A stretch of DNA of 64,000 nucleotides from Batkoa obscura. Lineage: Eukaryota. The stretch is from NCBI GenBank assembly GCA_030770535.1, contig JASVEC010000002.1, forward strand, positions 372,001-436,000, in the 5' to 3' direction. Below the pieces are notes generated by a model. That model was not told the DNA's origin. It was given only the letters and a program-made list of their open reading frames with translations, and searched no databases. A program made the position numbers and the translations under genes. How positions within the stretch are numbered: the stretch's first letter is position 1; each line of letters opens with the position of its first letter. Positions 40,205 through 50,663 of this stretch are shown here, piece by piece.

Positions 40205-40594
40205 ATTGATTTTTGATTTGCTTCGTTTTGAGTTGAAATTTCGTTCTATTTTGCATCTTGTTGTACTGTTATCCCTTTTCTCATTTTATCTGTTTAAATA
40301 AATGGTTTTAAATTTTATCATTATCCTACCATTATTATTATAAAATTGTTAGAATTAAAGTACTACAACTACACCAAACTCAAGTTTAAAATCCCCATAT
40401 TAATATAGAATGGAGAAATAATAGTATTAAAATGAATTAACTTAAAAAGTAACTTTGTCTCATTATTATTATTTTAACTGTACTCCTAAATAAAGTTAGT
40501 GTTGCATTATATTGTTGATGAAAATTAAAAAATATAGACAAGTATGATAAAAGTAGAAAACTTAATTTATAAACAATTTTTAATTTAAGTGCTA

Positions 40595-42097
40595 TTAATA
40601 AGTTTTTTTACAAAGTTCAAGAGCTTTAGCAACATTAACAATACCATAACCATATTCATTATTAGGTAAGGTTTTTTCAGTATCTCCACCACAACCAAGT
40701 TTTGAGTATAATGGTGTAGCTGAGTTATGGATTACTTTGGCAATAAGGTCGACTCTACGACTAAGGTGAGGACAGGCAGCAATAACTAAGAGTGCAACTC
40801 CAGAAATATGAGGAGAAGCCATTGAAGTACCAGCTTTGATGCCAAATTTACCACCTGGAATAGATGAAGTAATGTTAACTCCAGGAGCAGTAATATCGAT
40901 AGCATTTAAAGTACGCTCTGGTACAGGTCCTAAGGATGAGAAAGCAGCCCTGTCATTGGTTAAGTAACCAGAAGCAGCTACATTGAATGAGTTAGGATCA
41001 ACAGCAGGTGGGGAGTTTACAGTAGAACATCCACCTCTTCCATCATTACCAGCAGAAACAGACATAAAGATACCAGCAGATTTCAAAGCCCTTAAAGCAT
41101 ATTTGAATGTAGATCTACTGCAACCTTCTACACCTGGACATCCATAAGAGTTACCAACTACATGAGGACGAAGATGAGGCTTTGGTTTAATACCATAAAG
41201 ATTGGTTGGAGCTAAAAAGAATTGTAAACAACCTAAGTAAGTTTCTGGAGAACCAAAATTTTGGTCCATATTTTTACAAGCCATCCATTTTGTAGTTGGG
41301 GAAACACCCAAATTTAAGCCACCTACTGTGGTTCCCATACAATGAGTTCCATGACTATTGTCATCACATGGTTTTTGAGAATCAATACCGCAGATTAAGT
41401 TTGGTTTAGTAGCATTAGCTAAATTCTTGTTTGCATCCCACCAATAATAGTCATGGCTAAATTTACCATTTTTGTAACCCAAGTAGTTCTTTACTAAGGC
41501 TGGATGTTCAAAATCAACACCAGTATCAGCGTTAGCATATCTTAACTTAGAAGCAGCAGTATAGACTCTCTTTGGTAAATTAGTAGCATTGATATATTTT
41601 AAACTCCAATGTGGCTCTTTTCCTTCCCATGGAATATCAGCAGCAGTGGAAGCCTCTTGATCACTGATGTCTTTAATCATTGAGGCTACTTTTTTATTGG
41701 AGCTGATTTCTTCAACTTCAGATAATTTGGAAATTTTTTCGATAAGTTCTTTAGGAGCTTCAACAGCAAAAGTGTTAGAGATATAATAGTGACGATAATC
41801 TTTGATAGTTCCTTTCTTTTTAGCTTCTTCTAAAAGTGCTTTAACTGAGCCTTGACTTTCTTCAGAGTGCTTAGTTAATGTAGCAACTACTTGTTCAGCA
41901 TGGAAATCCAAATCATCTTCAGTAGCCATACGTGAATTAGAAGAGAGGACAGGAGGTTCAACTTGATTAAGTTGAATGAGAATTGGGGTCAAACTATTTT
42001 TTGCTAAATCTTGGGTAACTTGGTTTGTTACTAAAGCTTTTCCAGCAACGCTAGAAATAACAGCTAATGTAATCCAATTTGAAAATGCAAGCTTCAT
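40595..42097 (-). CDS. Secreted S8 subtilisin-like protease, bacillopeptidase-F-like (copy 1), intronless
   Basis: Signal peptide, I9-like prodomain, triad motifs ADTG / HGTH / GTSMA, oxyanion SAGN and C-terminal PNNEYGYG. Confidence 0.93.
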   Translation of the reverse strand: MKLAFSNWITLAVISSVAGKALVTNQVTQDLAKNSLTPILIQLNQVEPPVLSSNSRMATEDDLDFHAEQVVATLTKHSEESQGSVKALLEEAKKKGTIKDYRHYYISNTFAVEAPKELIEKISKLSEVEEISSNKKVASMIKDISDQEASTAADIPWEGKEPHWSLKYINATNLPKRVYTAASKLRYANADTGVDFEHPALVKNYLGYKNGKFSHDYYWWDANKNLANATKPNLICGIDSQKPCDDNSHGTHCMGTTVGGLNLGVSPTTKWMACKNMDQNFGSPETYLGCLQFFLAPTNLYGIKPKPHLRPHVVGNSYGCPGVEGCSRSTFKYALRALKSAGIFMSVSAGNDGRGGCSTVNSPPAVDPNSFNVAASGYLTNDRAAFSSLGPVPERTLNAIDITAPGVNITSSIPGGKFGIKAGTSMASPHISGVALLVIAACPHLSRRVDLIAKVIHNSATPLYSKLGCGGDTEKTLPNNEYGYGIVNVAKALELCKKTY

Positions 42098-42685
42098 ACT
42101 TTTAATTTAAGTTAACAAAGTTAAAGATATTGTGATGAAAGTACAAACTATTTATATCTATTAGCTTAAGCCTCTTTATCGCTACGCCTCAACTTATTCC
42201 TTTATTTTGTCATTTGAAATGCTATCATACGACTCAATTTTTAGAATTTTCTGTCACATTTTTAGTCATTGTTTTCTCAGTTCCTGAAACCGAAATTTTT
42301 ATGCTAAAATTTCAAGTATTGCTATGTCTTAATTTATTTAATGCAATCAATCACATGATGGATTTCATTCAGCTTTTTTTATTATTTCCTCTAGCTAAAA
42401 TAATAAAAGCGAATATCATTAACAATCTCTATTTTGCTAAAAATTTGAATACTATCTGAATAAATTCTAGTACTTATTATTTATTTCAAACTATAAGTTG
42501 TGAACAGGTTTATTATGAATCTGTTGAATAACCATACATATAATAAAAATAAATTCTTTATTAAAAAGCAGAAGTACCTGATAGTTAAATTATTTTGCTA
42601 TAATACATGTATAAGTTGGCAGAATTTTTACTACTTTAGTAGAGATTCTCAGATTAGCAAGACTTTTACCAATATAACATATATA

Positions 42686-42784
42686 TGGGGATGTATTTTT
42701 GTATTTAAGGATTTTACTAACAATTTTTCCGCTTAAATAGCGCTCAAAAAATGGAAAAAATAATGAAGTCAAAAAACATTCCCA
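42686..42784 (+). mobile_element. MITE family A copy
   Basis: TA|TGGGGATG...CATTCCCA|TA. Confidence 0.86.
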
Positions 42785-42809
42785 TATTGTTATTGATCAA
42801 CATTATAGT

Positions 42810-42950
42810 ATGTAAATAAATACATATCCCTATAAAACTTTATTGAGAAATGTTTATCATCAACTGCTTTATAGCCAACATTACGGATTTACTATGAAAT
42901 AAACAAATGTTTCTCAATGAAGTTTTATAGGGATATGTATTTATTTACAT
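42810..42950. repeat. Long inverted repeat (41-bp arms, 1 mismatch)
   Basis: ATGTAAATAAATACATATCCCTATAAAACTTTATTGAGAAA at 42810-42850 matches the reverse complement of 42910-42950. Confidence 0.92.
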
Positions 42951-43479
42951 TATTAATATACTAATAAGATGATAGATAACTGGATGGGAGGGAGTGGTTA
43001 GCCCCAAAGCTATAGTTACCTACTCCTTATACTACAAGCAATATAATAATAGTTTTTACTTATAATAACTACTTGCTCTTTGATTATTTATTAACTTAAC
43101 TAATAATAACTTAACTAATATTAATTTTTATTGTTTAATAAGCTATTCACTTGTTCAGTAAATGCTAAAACTTTTAAATTTCCTATTATTTTTATAAGAT
43201 AAGCCAGAATTAAAGTTTTAATTTTTTTAATTTTTTTAAACTTTACGACTTTAATTGAAATTGTGTTAGGTTTTTTTAATCTATCAGATATTGGATAACA
43301 ATGTAGTTTATTATTATAGTTAATAAAATGTAAATACTTTTTAATACTTTTTAATACTTTGTATTTTTATTACTATTTTTATATTCTTTAAAAATCATAT
43401 CCATTTTATTACTATTAACAGTTAAGTTATTGATTTTCTTATGTTTATAAATATTAAGCTAATTGAACTGTTTTTTACA

Positions 43480-43573
43480 TGTGTTTTTTTAGTTTCATTA
43501 CTTTTTCTATCTTTTAAGCACTATTTGAGTGGAAAGATTGTTAGTAAAATTCAAACAAAAAAATACATCCCCA
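43480..43573 (-). mobile_element. MITE family A copy (one TIR eroded)
   Basis: Reversed core ending TACATCCCCA. Confidence 0.78.
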
Positions 43574-44282
43574 CATACTGAATTATAATTTAATATTTCA
43601 AATAATTAAAATGAACTTTATCTATTATTTCATTATTTCATTATTTTATTTAAAGTTTAATTAACTAAAATATTTTTTTAATTTTTTCTTTTCTATTAGT
43701 TGATACTTTTATCTGAAAAGCTTCTTTTGTATGGTAAAAAAATTTCTGATTTTTTTAGTGCCTTTATAGCTCTCTCAAAAACGCCCATTAAAACCTTGCT
43801 TACACTGTAGTATTTCTGGTATTCATAAACTTAGCTCTGTATTAGATTTTTACTTATATGGCTTTTATATAATGTCAATTAGTCTTATTTACTCGATTTT
43901 CGTATTAATTACCACTGCTCATATAAGTGAGAACTTCAACCCTAATTCTTTGATCCTAATCTCACTACATAGACTATAAACAGTTTCTTTAAAAAAACTA
44001 CAAGGTCTCCTACTTAATTGATCTCAGTATTAAAATACTGACACCTGATTTTGCCACAATTTTTGATGTAACTACCTTACCATGTTTCCCTTATGATAGT
44101 ATCTTCATAAAACTTGTGCACTTTTTAAATTCCTAACTCTAATATCATTTTTTAGTTAAATTTTGATCACCTAATAAAATACCTTGGGTTTATTCTAGAG
44201 TTTTGAAATACTTTTTATATAAATATGTTAAATCAAAGTGAAACCCCCTTATAATTTATTAAATAGTTTTATTTAAATGTTA

Positions 44283-45785
44283 TTAGTAAGTTTTTTTACA
44301 AAGTTCAAGAGCTTTAGCAACATTAACAATACCATAACCATATTCATTATTAGGTAAGGTTTTTTCAGTATCTCCACCACAACCAAGTTTTGAGTATAAT
44401 GGTGTAGCTGAGTTATGGATTACTTTGGCAATAAGGTCGACTCTACGACTAAGGTGAGGACAGGCAGCAATAACTAAGAGTGCAACTCCAGAAATATGAG
44501 GAGAAGCCATTGAAGTACCAGCTTTGATGCCAAATTTACCACCTGGAATAGATGAAGTAATGTTGACTCCAGGAGCAGTAATATCGATAGCATTTAAAGT
44601 ACGCTCTGGTACAGGTCCTAAGGATGAGAAGTAGGCTCTAGTATTGGTCAAATAGCCAGAAGCAGCTACATTGAATGAGTTAGGATCAACAGCAGGTGGG
44701 GAGTTTACAGTAGAACATCCACCATCTCCATCATTACCAGCAGAAACAGACATAAAGATACCAGCAGATTTCAAAGCCCTTAAAGCATATTTGAATGTAG
44801 ATCTACTGCAACCTTCTTCGCCTGGACATCCATAAGAGTTACCAACTACATGAGGACGAAGATGAGGCTTTGGTTTAATACCATAAAGATTGGTTGGAGC
44901 TAAAAAGAATTGTAAACAACCTAAGTAAGTTTCTGGAGAACCAAATCCTTGATCCATATTTTTACAAGCCATCCATTTTGTAGTTGGGGAAACACCCAAA
45001 TTTAAACCGCCTAAAGTAGTTCCCATACAATGAGTTCCATGACCACGATCATCACATGGTTTTTGAGAATCAATACCGCAGATTAAGTTTGGTTTAGTAG
45101 CATTAGCTAAATTCTTGTTTGCATCCCACCAGCTATAGTCATGGCTAAATTTACCATTTTTATATCCTAAATAATTTTTTACTAAAATTGGATGTTCAAA
45201 ATCAACACCAGTGTCAGCATTAGCATATCTTAACTTAGAAGCAGCAGTATAGACTCTCTTTGGTAAATTAGTAGCATTGATATATTTTAAACTCCAATGT
45301 GGCTCTTTTCCTTCCCATGGAATATCAGCAGCAGTGGAAGCCTCTTGATCACTGATGTCTTTAATCATTGAGGCTACTTTTTTATTGGAGCTGATTTCTT
45401 CAACTTCAGATAATTTGGAAATTTTTTCGATAAGTTCTTTAGGAGCTTCAACAGCAAAAGTGTTAGAGATATAATAGTGACGATAATCTTTGATAGTTCC
45501 TTTCTTTTTAGCTTCTTCTAAAAGTGCTTTAACTGAGCCTTGACTTTCTTCAGAGTGCTTAGTTAATGTAGCAACTACTTGTTCAGCATGGAAATCCAAA
45601 TCATCTTCAGTAGCCATACGTGAATTAGAAGAGAGGACAGGAGGTTCAACTTGATTAAGTTGAATGAGAATTGGGGTCAAACTATTTTTTGCTAAATCTT
45701 GGGTAACTTGGTTTGTTACTAAAGCTTTTCCAGCAACGCTAGAAATAACAGCTAATGTAATCCAATTTGAAAATGCAAGCTTCAT
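44283..45785 (-). CDS. Secreted S8 subtilisin-like protease, bacillopeptidase-F-like (copy 2), intronless
   Basis: Same motifs as copy 1, with 10 of 500 residues different by eye. Confidence 0.93.
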   Translation of the reverse strand: MKLAFSNWITLAVISSVAGKALVTNQVTQDLAKNSLTPILIQLNQVEPPVLSSNSRMATEDDLDFHAEQVVATLTKHSEESQGSVKALLEEAKKKGTIKDYRHYYISNTFAVEAPKELIEKISKLSEVEEISSNKKVASMIKDISDQEASTAADIPWEGKEPHWSLKYINATNLPKRVYTAASKLRYANADTGVDFEHPILVKNYLGYKNGKFSHDYSWWDANKNLANATKPNLICGIDSQKPCDDRGHGTHCMGTTLGGLNLGVSPTTKWMACKNMDQGFGSPETYLGCLQFFLAPTNLYGIKPKPHLRPHVVGNSYGCPGEEGCSRSTFKYALRALKSAGIFMSVSAGNDGDGGCSTVNSPPAVDPNSFNVAASGYLTNTRAYFSSLGPVPERTLNAIDITAPGVNITSSIPGGKFGIKAGTSMASPHISGVALLVIAACPHLSRRVDLIAKVIHNSATPLYSKLGCGGDTEKTLPNNEYGYGIVNVAKALELCKKTY

Positions 45786-46868
45786 ACTTTTAATTTAAGT
45801 TAACAAAGTTAAAGATATTGTGATGAAAGTACAAACTATTTATATCTATTAGCTTAAGCCTCTTTATCGCTACGCCTCAACTTATTCCTTTACTTTCTTA
45901 TTGAAAATGGCATCATACGACTCAATTTTTAGAATTTTCTGTCACATTTTTAGTCATTGTCTTCTCAGTTCCTGAAATCGAAATTTTACATTGAAGTTTA
46001 ATTTAAATTATTGCTATGCCTCGATTTGTTAAATATAGTTAATCACGTGTATGAATTCTTTATTCTAACCTTTTCATTACTACTTCTGGTTAAAAAATCA
46101 AGACGATAATATTAAATATTCTTGTTTGCTAAAATATGAGTATTTGAAAGGATTTTAAAATCACCATTTGCCTTGAGCTAGCTGGATTTTAGTTATGCAA
46201 AATACAGCTTTATTTTAAAAGGGATTTTAAGTGTCAAAATATTGAACTTAAGGTTGTAAATCAAATGTAACCATGACCTATGTATATTTAAAAGCATAAA
46301 TCATTAAATGAAGATACTTGTTCTTATTATTGAGCTTAACACTATCAATGTTCCCACCTCATTATACTAATTAACAACATTATCGAATTGTTGGTCTTAT
46401 TTTTATCTAAGCTTTAAGTTGGTATTAATTTTAATGAGGATGTAGTATCCTTTGGGCATTTTAATAAGATACTGTAGTAAATGGTGATATTCAGTCCATC
46501 TTATATCATTAAAAGTAGAATTTTAAAGCTAAAGAATTTCAAATACTTAAGTCAATGCAGTTAAACTAAATGTTTTTTATCAATGGTTTTATATTAAAAT
46601 ATTAGCTTCTACATCACAACTTTAAAAATATTGAATTTTCAAAGTAGGATTTTGGATATTCACGGAGTTCTACAAAGTACATTTATTCTCCATCTTTGTC
46701 CTATTATAATTCCTTACTCTTCACCACTATTAGTTTACATAAAATAAACACAAAGCCCTAACAGCCTTTGAACTTTTCTAAAAAAGTGGCTTTTTGAAAG
46801 GTGAGTTTTGCTTTAACCTTACAAAGTAAACCCTAATGAGTTGGAGAATAAAGCATATTCAAATTATG

Positions 46869-46968
46869 TGGGGATGTATTTTTATGTTTAAGAATTTTAC
46901 CAACAATTTTTCTGCTCAAATAGCGCTTAAAAAATGGAAAAATAATGAAATCAAAAAAAATATCTGCA
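46869..46968 (+). mobile_element. MITE family A copy
   Basis: TGGGGATG...TATCTGCA with core. Confidence 0.8.
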
Positions 46969-47289
46969 TGTACTACTTTCAATTAATAGCAACTTTGTAA
47001 AAACATTAAAACTTTGGGAATGTCTTTTTTATTTCAATTTTTAACTAGTGGTCTTTTTAAATTGTACTATATAAAATGCAAATAAAACGCTAAAATGAAA
47101 AAAGACTTTATCGCTTGCTTTTGATAGTAATTTTGGGATATCTGTTTAATAGAATCTAAGGCAAAAAGGTTTTATAATTAGCTATGCACAATTTGGTAAT
47201 TTTAAATTGTATTTTTTAAATTAATTGAGTTATAAAACTAGCATTAAAAAGTTACTTGACTATAAAGTTTAACCATACTATTAATTTAA

Positions 47290-48371
47290 CCACGAATAGC
47301 TACCAGTTTAACATGACTAGAATGAGATGGATGGCAGTGATCTCTATCACTTCTTCTTTTAAATTAAGATCCTCAAAGCCTCCTTTTTTTCATTAGTATC
47401 CCCAAGATTCATTCCTTGACCATCTAATTCCTCAGTAAGAGGTCCTTCAACTTCTGAGATAGCTACTTTACTTTCTTCATTAAAAGAAGTATTGGATTCT
47501 GGAATAGCTAATTTACTCTTCCTCAATAGGTACTTAGCTTTCTAGAATAGTAGCGCTGCTTTCTTCCCTACCAATGAGCTTTTTAGTTTCTGAAGTGCTA
47601 GTACTATTTCCTTCCTTAGAAGTGGCTTTATTTCCTGAATTTGATACTCCACTTCCTGTTTTAGAACTTTATTCTCCTTAGGTAGATCCAATTCAATAAG
47701 CGGGACTTTTTTAGCCCATTCATCAGAAGTTATAAACTCAAACCCTTTTCCTTTAAATAAGCCAACAGTTTCTCTAATTTTAGAAATTTCAAAGGGGGTT
47801 GTATTATGTTACAATGTAATAAAATATACAATTATAATCCCCTCTTTTCCTGATGCATCAATGTAATTTTTTGTAATGTTATTTGGATCGTTCTTCCTCT
47901 CCTCATAATCCTTAGTATCTAAATTAAACCCAACCTGAACATAATGCAAATCTTTAAGATAGTTTCTACTGCATCACTAGTAGCTAATTCAGTGTTTTTC
48001 ATGTATCTTACTTGTTTTCCTGTGATCTTCTCAAGAATAGTTTCACTTTTTTTGATTTCAACTTTAATACCATTTGGGGATAAGCCATATAAACATTTAT
48101 GATCATATCTATGAGATGCAGTTTGATGACCTTCATCGTAAGCGCGCTTAGCAAACTCAGAATGCTGCTTACCATTAGATTCAATAAAGAAAAGATAGCC
48201 TTAACTCATTTTTGGCTTAACATTCAACATTTTTGGAGTATACTCTATTGATCTATCATCAAAAGTTAAAGCTATAATGTCAAATTGAGTACACTGTGTG
48301 GCCATTTGAAGTGACATAATTTGTAAATAAGAGCCAAAAATAATACCAGTGGATAATCCAAGGAACCTCAT
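47290..48371 (-). pseudogene. Chitin/polysaccharide deacetylase (CE4, NodB) pseudogene B with Ser/Thr/Glu-rich tail
   Basis: MRFLGLSTGIIFG...QMATQCTQFDIIALTFDDRSIEYTPKMLN, EFAKRAYDEGHQTASHRYDH..LYGLS, ILEKITGKQVRYM, LHYVQVGFNLDTKDY and KGKGFEFIT. Stops and frameshifts present. 3' end approximate. Confidence 0.85.
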
Positions 48372-49043
48372 TTTGTATTAGTAATTTTCAGGATAATATA
48401 ATAGTATCGAGCATATCAACTAGTCAATAACTAATGAACTTATAGTTAAAAGTTGATTGTAATTTAACTATACAATAATTAAAATGGAATGTTTGTAATT
48501 TTTAAACCTTAGGAATGGATATATTTTTATATTAAAAAAAAGGTTTTTGGAATAAACAGTCAATATATTACAATCCTTAAAACAGTGATAGTTGTTTAAA
48601 ACAATAGTTTTTGCCAATCTCATGTAATGCTTCAATAACACATTGAACAATCTAGTAACAGAACCTAATTATAGCAATATCCTAATTAGTTTTTATACAA
48701 TTTAAAAAAGTAATACAATTCTAAAATTATGTCTTTTTTTCAAACCATATAAAAACTAGTTAATTGTCATTATATATGTGAAATCTGGTACTCAATGATT
48801 GGAGTCAAAGATAGCTACTACCTGGTTGATTACACTATAAGTCGAAAGGTCTTAGTTTGTGTGACTAAGATAGACTTGAATTATGAAGAATAGCTCGTAA
48901 TAGGCTATAGACTATGTAGGGCAAATAGCATAGACAATACTAATATAAAATCTACGTAAAACACTATTGAGTAAACTTAGTGGCTTTATTAAATGTTCGA
49001 GATATCAGGGGATAATTCAGTTAAAAAATCTCGAACTACTATA

Positions 49044-49142
49044 CCGGAATGTTTTTTTACTTCATTATTTTTTCCATTTTTTAAGCACTATTTAAGTGGA
49101 AAATTTGTTAGTAAAATTCTTAAACACAAAAACACATCTCCA
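49044..49142 (-). mobile_element. MITE family A copy
   Basis: Reversed core ending CACATCTCCA|TA. Confidence 0.78.
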
Positions 49143-49342
49143 TACTAAAATCTCTTTTATACTCCGACAAGTATAAATATCAAAATGAGAAGATAAATAT
49201 TCTTTGGGATGAAACTAGAAATCCTTATAGCAAATCAAATTAAGGGCGTGGGATTGATTGTCTCTAAACTTGAGAACACAGTAGCTTAAGCAATTATTAT
49301 GCTATAATTAACCATGGGGCTGACAAAGCGATATTTTACATG

Positions 49343-49441
49343 TAGAGATGTATTTTTTTTGATTAAAAATTTTACTAACAATTTTCCCACTCAACAACAT
49401 TCAAAAACAAAAAAAGTAATGAAATCAAAAAAACACTCCCA
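49343..49441 (+). mobile_element. MITE family A copy (degenerate)
   Basis: TAGAGATG...CACTCCCA with core. Confidence 0.72.
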
Positions 49442-49584
49442 TTAGCTGTTTTAGCTAATAATATTTGAAATACTGTTTATTTTGAGAATTTTGAATACAA
49501 ATTTTATCATTGTTCTTATCTGAAATATCTTAAATTATTAATATAATAATATTTTTTTAATATAATAACATTAGGTAGTTTACA

Positions 49585-49660
49585 TAAAGGTGTTTTTTTT
49601 AAATGCTATTTGAATGGAAAGATTATTGATGAAATTCTTAAACAAAAAAATATATCCCCA
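49585..49660 (-). mobile_element. MITE family A copy with internal deletion
   Basis: Partial reversed core ending ATATCCCCA|TA. Confidence 0.68.
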
Positions 49661-50663
49661 TATATTAAGTTGATATAATTTTTAATATATTTAACTGTTT
49701 TTTTTTGTTTTTATTATTTCATTTTTTTTAACATTATTAAATAAAAAAATATTTTGATTTTTACCAAGTTTTGTATTTTTTTATGAATCTCATTAGGATT
49801 TTAAAAATATTTATATTTATTTAAGAACTAAAAAAATTAAAATGTTTAAGTTAATCAACTTTTGAAAACTCTACCTGATTAGAATTTTAAATAATTAAAC
49901 AATTGCAAGTATTTTATAAAAATACATAAAGCTTTTCACTACTTATGATAGTTGTTGAATCTATCCTTTCATTGTTTTTTATATACATTAAATCTGTTTG
50001 AGTTTTCGGAGGCTTTTAATAAACCAGTTTTAATACAACTTTTAAAGTAACATTTGTACTGTTCTGTATTTGAACATTTGTAATATTGTAGAATAAGAAA
50101 ACAAAATTATAATATTTCCAATTTTTTGATTTAAACAAATTTCAGTTCAAAGATTAACGAACGCTTATTATTGCCCAAAAAACTCATAATTTAGCCTAAA
50201 ATGAAAATCAAGAGCATCGTAATAAAAATACCAATATAAAATTGGTCATCCAAGCTATGATGAGAATAATTTCATAAAAATGAAAAATTTAAAAATATAA
50301 TAGTAACAAATCTCTCCTATTGTTATCAATGAAGAACAATGCGTTTTACTACATGGTCGGTTTTACCTAATCAACTTGAAACATTCTATAGGATGGAGTT
50401 CGCCTCAAGTTCCATATTACAAATCTTATAAATCACTTCTCATATGATTGATGACGATTTTCAATTTAACTTACAAATTCTACCCAGACTGGTTTCAATT
50501 TACAGCATACCATATTCAAGAATAAATTCATCTAATTGGATGATACTTGCATTACGTAGAATGATGAAACATACGGACTATTAAATTATATGCTCAAAAT
50601 AAACTATAAATAGCTAACAAATCCATTCAATAATCTGATTTATTAGTAATATTAAAATAAATA

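Noticed and set aside
46300..46760. Other GC-elevated intergenic patches (also about 670-1150, 16560-16900, 18540-19060, 22100-22600, 24650-24900 and 37080-37400)
   Set aside because: Probably decayed genes or TEs, but no motif could be recognised with enough confidence to call.
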